A stretch of DNA of 64,000 bases from Octopus vulgaris. Taxonomy: Eukaryota. The position numbers were made by a program, and so were the translations under genes. The DNA lies in contig OX597825.1 of the NCBI GenBank assembly GCA_951406725.2, positions 59,086,001-59,150,000 on the forward strand. The letters run 5' to 3'. Positions 27,608 to 40,999 of the stretch are shown piece after piece. Below the pieces are notes generated by a model. It had not been told where the DNA came from. It did not search any database and saw only the letters and a program-made list of their open reading frames with translations. Numbering within the stretch: the stretch's first letter is position 1; the number at the start of each line of letters is the position of its first letter.

Positions 27608-27968
27608 AATTACAGCTCAGTGGTGGTGGAGAGATCCAACTAAACCAAGATAGCACCAGAAGGAAAAGTAGGCACAGAAGAACATTATGAATTAGACTGA
27701 ATATTGATTTCTAACAAAAGTGTAAGACCTCAAATATGTGGGAGAGAACAGCTAAAAATATACTGACCACTTCTCTATCCCTGTCCCTACCAATACTTCA
27801 CTGATAATCTATTTTTATCCATTGCGAAAGAATAAGAGGCAAAGCTAACCTTAGTAGGATTTGAACTCAGAAATATAAGAGGCAACATTTAATATTAATA
27901 CAAAATTAAGATCCAGTAGAAGCACCAAGTCAGTCTGGTGTTATCCACATAACTCGAAGTAAGGTGAA

Positions 27969-28333
27969 TAAAATCAAAATAAGTAACGGGATGTCAAGTA
28001 GTAATGCAATATGACTGTTTCAAGCACCTCCATTTAATTGAACAATGCAATCATTACATCAATTTAAATACAGCACTATCTTCAGCTGCATAAATATGGA
28101 TTTTCAATAGACAAAGATATATCAATATAATCTTTCTTAAATATTTAAATATGTTAAAATATTTAAGGAAAATTATATTAATATATCTAGTCTGTTGAAA
28201 ATCCCTATTTGTGCAGCTGAAGATTGTGCTGTATTTAAATTGATGTAATGATTGCATTGTTCAATTAAATGGAGTCACTTGAAATGGTTGTACTGCATTA
28301 CTACTTGATATCCTGTTACTTATTTTGATTTTA
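27969..28333. mobile_element. 365-bp whole-length palindromic (fold-back) MITE, TA at both ends
   Basis: TAAAATCAAAATAAGTAAC... versus ...GTTACTTATTTTGATTTTA; the arms pair imperfectly to a centre near 28150. Confidence 0.8.
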
Positions 28334-29334
28334 CACGTACACACGCACATCTAAGGTCCTGGTAGAGTATAAAGATAGGGTATCTCCAATGAAGCACTCG
28401 ACCCAAGTTCTGGGTTATCAAGCCTGTTGAATTCCATACTCATACTGAAATTATTCTGGTGTAGAAAATTCTATTCTAGTTTCAAGATGGTAAAACCATT
28501 GTGGGGGTTTAGTGAATAATTATTTGGTTTTATATATATGAGAGAGAGAGAGAGAGAGAGGGAAATTGATAAATAGACAGATATATATATATATATATAT
28601 ATAAATGCATGTGTATACCTGTAAATTCATTGTAATTTTTCAGACAGACACACAGACACCCTTTTAGGGGTAAATAACTTCCTAAGAAGAGGATATCACT
28701 CCAGATAAACTCCAAGCCATTTGTTAACTAGAGATGAATAAAATAATTATCAGACTAAGTGTCAAGGAAGGGGTTGATATCATTTACTAAAAACTCTCAA
28801 GAAGGTGGTTCAGCATGGCTGCAAATCTATGACTGAAGTCAGTAAAAGGCTAAAATAAAAAAAAAAAATTGAAAGAAAGGAGAAGAAAAAGAAAAACAAA
28901 GAGAAAGAAATAAATGAAAATTCTAGGTGAGATTTGAACCTACAACCAGTGTAACACATGATAGTAAACAGTAACTTGCAACATATACCACTATGTATAT
29001 CTCATTAACCAGCTTCAGCACCTTTCATTGCAGGTTTAATACAAAAAACAAACAAGTAAAAATTTAAAAATAGAAATAAAACACAGAAAAATCAAACAAC
29101 CATAATACTGTTACATTTAATTTCCTCTCAGAGTTTCTTTTATCCATTTGCACAGACAAAACAATGAATACTTTTGAAAATAGAAAAAAAAAATGAAAAT
29201 CTACCTCCCTCCCCATCTCCTATTCCTTAATCTTACATTGACAAATGGTATTTCATGCTCCATTGCACACACAAGATCAATTCTTAATCAACAACAAAAA
29301 ACGTTCAATACCTTTAAACATTGGCACCTTTACA

Positions 29335-29386
<52 letters not shown>

Positions 29387-30556
29387 TGTGTGTGTGCTTG
29401 TGTGTGTATACATTGGGAATGTACTTTGTAAGAATAATTTCTTTATTTTGAAACTTTTTTCAATCTTTTTTTCTTTCTTTTCTCTGTCTCTCTCCGCACT
29501 CATGCACCTCACTACCAACATGCTTTATTTGGGGTTTTTTTCTTAATTTTGAAATTTAAAAAAATTTTTATTTTATTGCAGTGAAATAATTCTATGTCAA
29601 GAATTCTAAAAAACTGCTGTGACAGTCAGCAGAAAAATCACCAACCTAAAGTAGGTTATTCATAATAATGCTGATTTCAAATTTTTGCCACAAATACAGC
29701 TTGGGGGTGATGGAGATGTGTCATTTATGTCGACCCCAGTATTCAACTGGTACTTATTTTATCGATCCTGAAAGGATAAAAAGCAAAGTCAACCGCAGCA
29801 GAATTCGAACTCAGAAGGTAGCGATGGGCAAAATACCGCTAAGAATTTCATCCAGCGAGCCAACAATTTAGCCAGCTCACCACCTTAATAATAATAATAA
29901 TGCTTTCAATTATAGGCACAAAGCCTGAAATCGGGGCAGGGGGTGGGAGTGAGGGTTAATTATTAACATCAACCTCAATGCTCAACTAATTAGTACCTAT
30001 TTTATCAAATCTAAAAGGAAGAAAGGCAAAGTTGACTTTGGTGTTTGAACTCGGAGCGTAAAGCTGGAAGAAGGCCAACAGTTTCAGGGGAAGGGGTAAG
30101 TTGATAATACTGCCCCCAATAATTAATTAACTGGTATTTATTTTATCAACCCCGAAAGGATGAAAAAGTCAACCTCAGTGGAATTTGAACTCAGAATGTA
30201 AAGATGGATGAAATGCCGATAACCATTTTGCCTGGCACAATAACAGTTCTGCTAGCTCAAGTTTTATTTGCCATAAGGGCAACTGATAATAACACTAATA
30301 AGAAAAATATGAAGAAGCAAAAAAAAAAAAAAAAAAAGAAACAGAGAGGAATGATGGTGGTGGTGGTGATGATGTTGGTGGTAGTGTTTGTGGTGCTGAT
30401 GATGATGGTGGTAGTATTTGTGGTGGTAATAATGTGATGATGATGACAGTGGTGATAAGGAAGTTTGAGTAATACATTTAAGGAGAAAAAAAACAATGAA
30501 AATGCAAATACCCTTCCACTCTCCTCAAATATAAGAAAATAATATCACATATATAT

Positions 30557-30752
30557 ACGTTTTGTTTTTGGATTTGGTTTGCAAGATTCTTTATATGAGT
30601 TCGTGTGTTGAAGCATATTCTGTTGTGTCCGGGGAGAGTAATTTTCTTTTTGTGCCTTATAATGTAATACACTCACCGGTAAAATTTCCACCTATTTCTT
30701 ATTTTATTTTCCTAAAATTTTCGTTGCGTCTTGCAAACCTTTTCAATACTCT
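30557..30752. mobile_element. Single (non-inverted) copy of the element at 10609-10795
   Basis: GTTTTTGGATTTGGTTTGCAAGATTC...CGTCTTGCAA.CCTTTTCAATA is nearly identical. Confidence 0.85.
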
Positions 30753-30799
30753 TGACTCTCTCTCTCTCTCATCATATATATATATATATATATATATTA

Positions 30800-31197
30800 C
30801 TCTTTTTACTCTTTACTTGTTTCAGTCATTTGACTGCGGCCATGGCGGAGCACCGCCTTTAGTCGATCAAATCGACCCCGGGACTTATTCTTTGTAAGCC
30901 CAGTACTTATTCTATTGGTCTCTTTTGCCGAACTGCTAAGTGACGGGGACGTAAACACACCAGCATCGGTTGTCAAGCAATGCTAGGAGGACAGACACAG
31001 ACACAAAAACACACATATATATTTACATATATACGACAGGCTTCTTTCAGTTTCCGTCTACCAAATCCACTCACAAGGCATTGGTCGGCCCGGGGCTATA
31101 GCAGAAGACACTTGCCCAAGATGCCACGCAGTGGGACTGAACCCGCAACCATGTGGTTGGTTAGCAAGCTACTTACCACACAGCCACTCCTGCGCCT
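30800..31197 (-). mobile_element. Young full-length family-B SINE
   Basis: CpG-intact copy from TAGGCGCAGGAGTGGCTGTGTGG to the GAAACAAGTAAAGAGTAAA tail. Confidence 0.9.
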
Positions 31198-31203
31198 ATT
31201 ATA

Positions 31204-31249
<46 letters not shown>

Positions 31250-31789
31250 TCATGGAGTGGTTGGCATTAGGAAGGGCATCCAGCTGTAGAAACATTGCAA
31301 GATAAGACTGGAGCCTGGTGCAGCCTTCTAGCTTCCCAGATCACCGGTCGAACCCTCCAACCCATGCTAGCATGGAGAACGGATGTTAAACGATGATGAT
31401 GATGATGATGATGATATATATAATGTATGTATGTATGTATATATGATAAAGACAAAATAAATATGTAAAAGGAATCTAAAAGACATGCCTGTGATGAAGG
31501 AAGCAGTTTCAATTATTTCTACTGAAAACTGTTACCTCAAAGAGAAGAAAATAAGGAACAAACTAAGGTTAAGGAACTTGTTTTCTGTTGCTGTTCAATG
31601 TTTGTTTGGGACTATTGTTGTTGCTGTTGTTGTTGTTTGTCTTTTGTTAATTACTATTGCTGATGTTGCTGTTGTCTTATGATTTAAGTTTTGTTAGGGC
31701 TGAATAGAAGCATTCTTGAATTAAGTTTCAGCTGTGTGTGTGTGTGTGTGTGTGTGGAGGTGGGGGAGAAATGTAAATGGGAAAGATAG

Positions 31790-31841
<52 letters not shown>

Positions 31842-31969
31842 GAGAGAGAGAGAGAGAGAGAGAAACAACAGGGAGGGAAGGAGGAGGGGGAGACAGAGAC
31901 GGGGTGGGGGATGAAAAAAAATTAAACACACAGGAAAAGAAAGAGAAGCAGGAAGATAGATTCCTGAAT

Positions 31970-32007
<38 letters not shown>

Positions 32008-33950
32008 CAAGGATGGAGGAAGAGAAAAAAATCAAAGTGGAAGGAAAAGGAAAGGGAGAGATGTCAAAAAATATATATATGAGAGAGAGAGAGAGGGGGA
32101 GGGAGAGAGGAAGTGGGTATAGAATACCTGCCACTTACTTCTTATTTCTTGATTTATGCATGTGGTGGTTGGTTGGAGGGGTGGGATGATTATAGAAGAA
32201 TTTCTTGTGATGTATGTATTGGTGTCAGTTAAAATGAGGAAGAAGAATAGAGAGGGAGAGAGAAGGAGAGAAAGAGAGCATAAGACGGTAAGATAGAGAA
32301 GATGAGTGAGAGAGAGAGAGGGGGGATGAAGGTTTGTCATAGATGACAGAGAAGAGAGTGACTCTAAAAGTCAAACTGTTGATATTTTGCATTCCATCAT
32401 CATCATCATCTGACTAACTTCATAGCAACCCATATTGAAGCTTGATTTTGCTAGAAATAAAATAGAAATTTCCCTCAAATCCCATTCTTTTGGATTAGAT
32501 TAAGAGAAATATGTATAATGAATCCTGAATTTCCTGCACATAAGAAAAAGACAAGATGGTCATGAGCAGAGTACCTTTGATCACAATTTACTTGAGAAAG
32601 CGTGAGACAGGTAACTAATATCATCAGATTTAACACTCACTGATCCAGACCCCTTCCCGTAAAATAAGTACCATAAGGAGGTTCATTTCTCACTTTATAA
32701 GTCAGCAGATGGGAGTTCTTTGTAGTAACAACTGAATTCAAATCTGGTAAAGATGGCAGGATATGATTTGGAAGCCAGAAAGATTTGACTGCAATTTCTA
32801 GCAAGCCAAGCGACTGTCTTTTACTTGTTTCAGTCAATTGGACTGCGGCCATGATGGGTTCAGCTGAAGAAATTGAACCCAGTACCCTAATTTTCTTTTA
32901 AAAGTCTGATACTTATTTTATCAGTCTCTTTTGCCAAACTGCTAAGTCACAGGGATGTAAACAAACCAGTCCATCGCAGCGTTACTCATTTTTGCCAGCT
33001 GAGTACACTGGAGCAACGTGAAATGAAGTGTTTTGATCAAGAACACAACACGTTGCCCGGTCCAGGAATCGAAACCACAATCTTATGATCATAGTGCTGA
33101 CACCCTAACCACTAAGCCATGCGCATCCACATACACACATATATATATATATACATATTATGTAGGTGCAGGAGTGACTGTGTGGTAAGTAGCTTGCTTA
33201 CCAACCACATGGTTCCAGGTTCAGTCTCACTGAAAGGCCGACCAAATCCTTATGAGTGGATTTTTGTAGACGGTAAAATGAAAGAAGCCCATCATATATA
33301 TGTATTTGTACATATATGTGTGTGTTTGTGTGTCTGTGTTTGTCCCCCCAACATCGCTTGACAACCGATGCTGGTGTGTTTACGCCCCCGTAACTTAGTG
33401 GTTCGACAAAAGAGACTGATAGAATAAGTACTAGGCTTACAAAGAATAAGTCCTGGGATCGATTTGCTCGACTAAAGGTGGTGCTCCAGCATGGTCACAG
33501 TCAAATGACTGAAACAACTAAAAGAGTAAAAGAATATATATATATATATATATACACACACCATTATTTAACATGACTATGTAGAGAATTTTTTCACCAA
33601 ATGACTAAGGTAAAGTTTGAACTGAGAACAAGAAAATAACAAACAACAAACTAACTACAAAGTATCCAGTTCAGCAGATTCTCTACAATTTCCACTAAAT
33701 CACTACCATAAGTAAAATCCTGAAATGTGAAAAGAAATAGGAGGATGAGTAGGAGGAAATAAAGAAACAAGAAGGAGATGGTTGATGAAAATAGACGTTA
33801 TAATGGTAACTGGTTTTGCTAAGTAAGAAAGAGGATAATAATATCTGTGTTAAACGAGGTCACAGGATATATTGATTTTGAGATGGATAAATTGTTTCTT
33901 AAATGCTAAAAGCAATCAGCAGCTGATTTATGAGAAAAGCCGATGGTGTC

Positions 33951-33983
<33 letters not shown>

Positions 33984-34104
33984 CATTATTTTTATTATTA
34001 ATTATTTATTTATTTAGTCAATGAAAGAAATCTGATGAACTGTTTAAGCAAGTTACTTGTCTTCTCGCACAATAAAAATAATTGTTTTTTATTTGAAGCA
34101 ATAA

Positions 34105-34790
34105 TATCCTTTTTTGGTTTTGGTACAGGGCCAGAAACTGGGAGGAGAAAAAGGAAGGTGCTTATATCGATCCCAGTGCTTGACTGGTACTTTATTTTAT
34201 TGATGTCTGAAAGGATGAAAAACAAGGTTGACCTTGGCAGGATTTGAACTCAGAATATATAAAGAGTCAGAAGAAATGCCACTGAGAATTCTGTCAACCG
34301 CACTAATAATTCTGCAAGCTCACAACATTTAATAATTTCAAATTTTGCCACAAAGCCAGCAATTTTGGGGAGGGGTAAGTTGATTACACCAACCCTAGTA
34401 CTTGACTGGTATTTATTTCATCGACCCCCCAAAAGAATGAAAAGCAAAGTTGACCTCAGTGGAATTTGAACTCAGAACGTGGCGACAAACGAAATACTGC
34501 TAAGCATTTCACCCAGCGCACTTATGACTCAGCCAGCTTGCTGCCTCAATAATAATAATAATAATAATAATAATGATAATAATAACAGTCCTTTCTATTG
34601 GAGGCACAAAGCCTCAAATTTGGGCAGAGGGGACTAGTTGATTACATCAATCCCAGTGTTTCAGTGGTACTTAATTTATCAATTGTGAAAGGATGAAAAG
34701 CAAAGTCAACCTTGGCAGAATTTGAACTCAGAACGTAGCACAAAGCATTTCATCCAGCGTGCTAACAATTCTGCCAGCTCGCAGCCTTAA
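34105..34790 (-). mobile_element. Three tandem family-A SINEs (similar trio at ~29670-30260)
   Basis: Repeated family-A core separated by (ATA)n. Confidence 0.8.
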
Positions 34791-36189
34791 TAATAATAAT
34801 AATAATAATTTCTTTTGTTTCTAAAGTGGGTAGAAAGCAAGAAATGCTTGAGTCAACAGTATTTACTGGCAGCTGTTGCAAGCATTTCCAAGAAATGGCT
34901 AAACATGTCTTCAGATCAATAGACCCTGTAGTAGATGTGAAAAATAAAATAGATCACTATCCTACAAAATTTTTTTAAAATTCATCAAAACCTCCAAGTC
35001 CACCACCACTACACAGAGGCAAAGAAAAATCACTCCTTCCTTCAGTAACACTGCTGTGTAACTCAGATCAGTCACAGAAATGCAATGGCACAAGACTAAT
35101 GGTTAAAAAGCCCAACACAACAAAGAGAGAATGCATTTATACCCAGAATTCCATGGCTACATCAATCAATAAATCTCAAGAGCCATACTGACGGCAGCTG
35201 GATTACAACTTAAAGAATACTACTTCGCTAATGCTCAATTTTAATGTCAGATAATCAAGAATTAGAAACCCTCATAATCTGTTTGTTTTTGTTTTTTACT
35301 TGCCAACAGGCCATAAATATTATTTATTCCAAGCTGATGACATCAAAATGCTCAAAATTTCCAAGACTGTGTTTGCTACAGATCTGATAAGCTGGGATTC
35401 ATCACAACTTTCGACCAAACTTTGACCAGCCTTGCCAAGACTTGTGCCTGGTGATGGGGACTTTCTAGGTGCAATCCCATGTCATTTGTGAAAGAAGGGG
35501 ATCTTTAACATTACTCTTTACCACACACACACATACATGCATAACACACACACACATACATATATATATCTTTACTTATAAGCTTCTTTTAGTTTCTATC
35601 TATCAAAAATACTCAAAGCTTTAATTGGTCTTGGGTTATAATAGAAGATACATGCCCAAGGTGTCATGCAGTAAGCATAAAACCACATGGTTGAGAAACT
35701 TGTTAATTACATTCTTTTGGGTCAATAAAATTAAATACCAGTTGAGTACTGGGGTCAATGTAATTGACTTACCCCCTCCCTCGAAATTGCTGGCCTTGTG
35801 TCAAAATTTGAAATCAATCAACATATTACTGGAGCTTGTCATTTTATTTGCCTTCTCCATCACAACCTTGCCCATGTCAAGGTGAAGTCTACCTCAGCAA
35901 GATCTGAACTCATTTCAAAGCATAAACCAGCCATAGGTAAACTGTGACTTGTGGGGCTTTCTAAATGTTATCCCTAACAAAATAAAACCTTGAATTTTTT
36001 TTAGTAGCACAGTCCATCTAATGATAAGCTATATCCCATGCAGCCCACTTCTTGGAAAAGGTCGTTCATGCCTGGAAGAAACTAATCTGGTAGAGACATA
36101 GATGTGGTTAAGATGATTGCTTAGTAACCAAAGTTCAAGGCTTGATCCCACTACATCTCGGCACCTTGGGCAAGTTTCTTCTCCCATTG

Positions 36190-36770
36190 TCTACTACTGC
36201 CAACACTTCTATTATCCCTATCACTACCATATAACAGTTACCATTGCCACCATCAGTCATCACCACCACTACCACCAAAACTACTGCAGCCATCACCACT
36301 ATTACCACCACCACCAGTTACTGTAGCCATCACCACTAGACCCACCTTCACTACTACTGCCAGCACCACCACCATTACTGCAATCATCATCACTACTACC
36401 ACCACTACCACCAACAACAGTTACTGCAACCATCACCACTATTACCACCATCACTACTACTACTACTACTACCACCACCACCACCACCACTACCACTACC
36501 AACCACTACCATCGTTACTGCAATCATCATCACTACTACCACCACCACTACTACCACCATCACCACTACTGCCACCACCACCATCATTACTGCAATCATC
36601 ACTACTACAACCACCATTACCACCACCACCAGTTACTACAACCATCACCACTATTTCAGTCATTACTACCATCACAACGGTCACCACTGTCCTCACCACT
36701 AATACTACTACCACCATAATAATTGTTACTGTCGTCACCACTAACACTACCATCAGAACGCTATTCATTC
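36190..36770. repeat. Degenerate (CAC/TAC/CAT)n trinucleotide array with recurring TTACTGCAA(C/T)CATC sub-unit
   Basis: Direct inspection; source of the poly-V/G/S/H ORFs. Confidence 0.9.
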
Positions 36771-37165
36771 CACCATCTTTACATTTACAAGAGAGACAAC
36801 TGAAAGAGGATCATTTGAAGCTCCCATCTCCTAGTCTACCTTTTTCTTTCTATCTTTCCTTTCTACTTTGGTCGTACTCACTACCATTATCCTTCCCTCT
36901 TTTATTCAATTGCTACTAGAATGTTCTCTAATGTCAGAGCTGCCACCATTCTTTAGACACCTATAGATGGAGATGATGGCATTGTGGATAGAGAATAATG
37001 CAAAGAATTTCAGATGGGAGATACATTTTCATCTTGACATGAAAGTATTTCCTAATTTAATTAATATATAATTTAAGATTTATCTAACAAGAATGTATAA
37101 AGCTATATACACACATATATAATTGTGTGTGCAATGTATGCATCAGAGTGTGTGGATGCATTTAT

Positions 37166-37204
<39 letters not shown>

Positions 37205-37413
37205 TCTCCCATTTACTTGTTTCAGTCATTTGACTGTGGCTATGCTGGAGCACCGCCTTTAGTCAAGCGAATCAACCCCAGGACTTATTCTTTGTAAGCC
37301 TAGTACTTATTCTATCGGTCTCTTTTGCTGAACTGCTAAGTTATGGGGACATAAACACACCAGCATCGGTTGTCAAGCGATGTTGGGGGAACAAACACAG
37401 ACACACAAACATA

Positions 37414-37446
<33 letters not shown>

Positions 37447-39219
37447 GATGGGCTTCTTTCAATTTCTGTCTACCAAATCCACTAACAAGGCTTTGGTCGG
37501 CTATAGTAGAAGACACCTGTCCAAGATGCCATGTGGTTGGTAAGCAAGCTACTTACCACACAGCCACTCCTACGCCTAACAGATAGCAACCTGAGTTGTT
37601 ATTATAATAATAATAATAATGATGATGATGATTTCAAGTTTTGTCACAAGGCCAACAATTTCAGGGGAGGGGCCAAATTGATATTGGCCCCAGTGATCAA
37701 CTAGTACTTATTTTATTCACCTCAAAAGGAAGAAAAGCAACAGTTGACCATAGCAGAATTTGAACTCAGAGCACGAAGACAAATAAAATGCTGCTAAACA
37801 TTTTGCCTGGTATGCTAATGATTCTGCCAGCTCACTGCCTTAATAATCATCATCATCATCGTTTAGCGTCCGCTTTCCATGCTAGCATGGGTTGGACAGT
37901 TCAACTGGGGTCTGTTTCTACGGCTGGATGCCCTTCCTAATGCCAACCACTCCATGTGTAGTGGGTGCTTTTACATGCCACCAGCACAGGTGCCAGACAA
38001 GGCTGGCAAACAGCCATGATCGGATGGTGCTTTTTACGTACCACTGGCATGGGGGCCAGGCGAGGCTGGCAACGACCACAATCGGGCGATGCTTTTTACG
38101 TGCCACCGGCACGAGGCCAGTCGGAGCAGCGCTGGCAACGGCCACATTTGGATGGTTCTCTTACATACGACCGGCACTGGTATCACAGCTGCAATTTCCA
38201 TTGATGTTGATCGATTTTGATTTTCACTTGCCTCAGCAGGTCTTCACAAGTAGAGTTTTGTGTCCCAAGAAGGAAAGGTATGCATAAGTGGACTAATAAT
38301 AATAATAATTTCTTTATCATCATTGTTTTACAGTTTATGTCTATCTTCACTCTTCACAGGTTTTATCATTAACTATCATCATTGTTAAATGTCATACTCT
38401 TGCCAAAACTGTGTTGATCAGTTTTCTGACCCGATAGATACAGATGAATGGGTAAATGGACAGACTGATGAACTGACAGAGAGACAGACAAACAGAAAGA
38501 CAGACAGAGGCAGACAAATAGACGGATAGGATACAAAAAGTGCATAGAAAATGCTATGAAATGTTTGAGTGACAGGTTGCACTGCCTCTCCCCACCCCTG
38601 CACTGCAACTGCCTCCCCTCATCATCATTCTGAGAAGTTGTTTATAAACAGGATTAAGAGCAAACGACATTTTCATTGGTGGCAGTGGCAAGGGGGGGTG
38701 GGGGTTTAACTCAGGCAATTAATCCCATGGAATGAGGATTATACATCAAGAGAAACACTGATACGTATTCAGGAAGTGTAAGCACTCAAATACCACACAC
38801 ACACACACACATGCACGTACGCACACATATTCAAACATGCTGAGTGCACTTTGAATGCATGACACAGATACTTATTTCAAAAACTGTGACATGTAAATGA
38901 ATTCATACACACACACACACACACACATAATTATAAATGTTTATGTGCAATGCAGACTACAGAAAGCATATACATATATATATATACATACACACACAAC
39001 CATAAAAAATTGTTATGACTCATGCATACTCACACACATACACATACACACACAAACAGAAAGTGTTTCTTAAGTATTAATAAAATGACAAAATAAAATC
39101 ATCACACATGCTCAAACACATAAGCTAATACATGTACACACACACACACATGCATACACACAAATTCTAAGCTGAAAGTCTTCTTTTAAGGGCTCTCATA
39201 CATGCTGACATGTGTACAG

Positions 39220-39264
<45 letters not shown>

Positions 39265-39407
39265 TACACACAATTATACTTTTTATACACATGCATTATA
39301 ATTAAAATTACAGTAAAGGTAAAGAATATATGTATAGGCCCAGGTGTGACCCTGTTCATCCTTATGAGTAAGTTTGGTAGCCCATTGTATGTATTTATGT
39401 ATGTATA

Positions 39408-40030
39408 TACTCTTTACTCTTTTACTTGTTTCAGTCATTTGACTGCGGCCACGCTGGAGCACCAACTTTAGTCGAGCAAATCGACCCCAGGACTTATTCT
39501 TTGTAAGCCTAGTACTTATTCTATTAGTCTCTTTTGCCGAACCGCTAAGTTACGGAGACATAAACACACCAGCATCGGTTGTCAAGCAATGTTGGGGGTA
39601 CAAACACAGACACACACACACGTACACATATATAGATATACATATATACAACGGGCTTCTTTCAGTTTCCGTCTACCAGATCCACCCACAAGGCTTTGGT
39701 CGACCCGAGACTATAGTAGAAGACACTTGCCCAAAGTGCCATGCAGTGGGACTGAACCCAGAACCATGTGGTTGGTAAGCAAGCTACTTACCACACAGCC
39801 ATGTGTCTTTGTCTCTGTGTTTGTGTTTTTCTTCTCACCATCATTTGACAAGTAATGGTTTATATGTTTACGTCCCTGTAACTTAGTGGTTTGGTAAAGA
39901 GACAGATAGAATAAGTACTAGGCTTGCAAAGAATAAGTCCTGGGGTCGATTTCTTCGACCAAAAAGAAAACCCTTTAAGGCAGTGCTCCAGCATAGTCAC
40001 AGTCAAATGACTGAAACAAGTTATAGAATA
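39408..40030. mobile_element. Adjacent, oppositely oriented family-B SINE copies
   Basis: 39411-39590 is the approximate reverse complement of 39850-40030. Confidence 0.8.
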
Positions 40031-40300
40031 AAAGAATACACACATTAACAGATACAGCAATATTGAGACACATCTTAATACAAATTCATATAGTCTAATA
40101 TACGCAATCATATACACACATAATCACAAATAAACACACAAATATATGCATATACACCAATATATATGCAAACACACAGAGAGAAAAATACAAACATACA
40201 TCTTACACTTAAATACACACAAAAAATGCGTGTAATAAAAACTAATATATACACATCATAATAGGAAATAAATAATCTGATGTTATCTTGTGTACACAAA

Positions 40301-40517
40301 CTTAATCCTTTAGTATTAAAAAATCAGCCATATCTGGCTAAGATATTCTACTTTGTTTATGCTAAAACTGGCCAGAAAAGGCCTCTTATACTTTCTAAAA
40401 ATGAAACAATTATATCACTGAAGTCTTGATGCTATGGGGTAATTCATGATCAATGTAAAATGATGTGAAATAAATAGCATTACATTCGACAGGGAAATCG
40501 GAATGTTAAACGGTTAC
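40301..40517. mobile_element. piggyBac-like MITE (second family)
   Basis: TTAATCCTTTAGTATT... and ...AATGTTAAACGGTTA form imperfect terminal inverted repeats. Confidence 0.45.
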
Positions 40518-40804
40518 ATATACATACACACATATATATACACACACACCCTTGTATACTTAAATACACACACAAATACATATGCATGTATGTATGTATG
40601 TGCTCTCACTCACACATGCACATATATATCATCATCATTTAACGTCCGCTTTCCATGCTAGCATGGGTTGGACGGTTCATCTGGGGTCTGGGGAGCCCGA
40701 AGGCTGCACCAGGCCAGTCAGATCTGGCAGTGTTTCTACAGCTGGAATGCCCTTCCTAACGCCAACCACTCCGAGAGTGTAGTGGGTGATTTTATGTGCC
40801 ACCG

Positions 40805-40849
<45 letters not shown>

Positions 40850-40876
40850 TACATCTATATTCACACATATATATAT

Positions 40877-40999
40877 GGTGATATGACTGGTTGTGGTGGT
40901 GATATGATTGGTTGCAGTGGTGATACGATTGAACATGGTGGTGATATGATTGGCCGCAGTGGTGATATGATTGGCCCCAGTGATGATATGACTGGCTCC
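40877..40999. repeat. 21-bp minisatellite, ~6 copies (GGTGATATGATTGGYYGYRGT)
   Basis: Units start at 40877, 40898, 40919, 40940, 40961 and 40982. Confidence 0.9.

Noticed and set aside
32100-32160. GGCAG|GTAT as the missing DAPK upstream coding exon end
   Set aside because: In-frame stop four codons upstream and no GEELG-like sequence.
36117-36768. Poly-His, poly-Val and Gly-Ser ORFs
   Set aside because: Degenerate trinucleotide repeat with no splice or homology support.
40877-40999. CRISPR-like regular repeats or GDMIG peptide repeats
   Set aside because: Eukaryotic minisatellite; the variable part is only ~7 nt and there are no cas genes.
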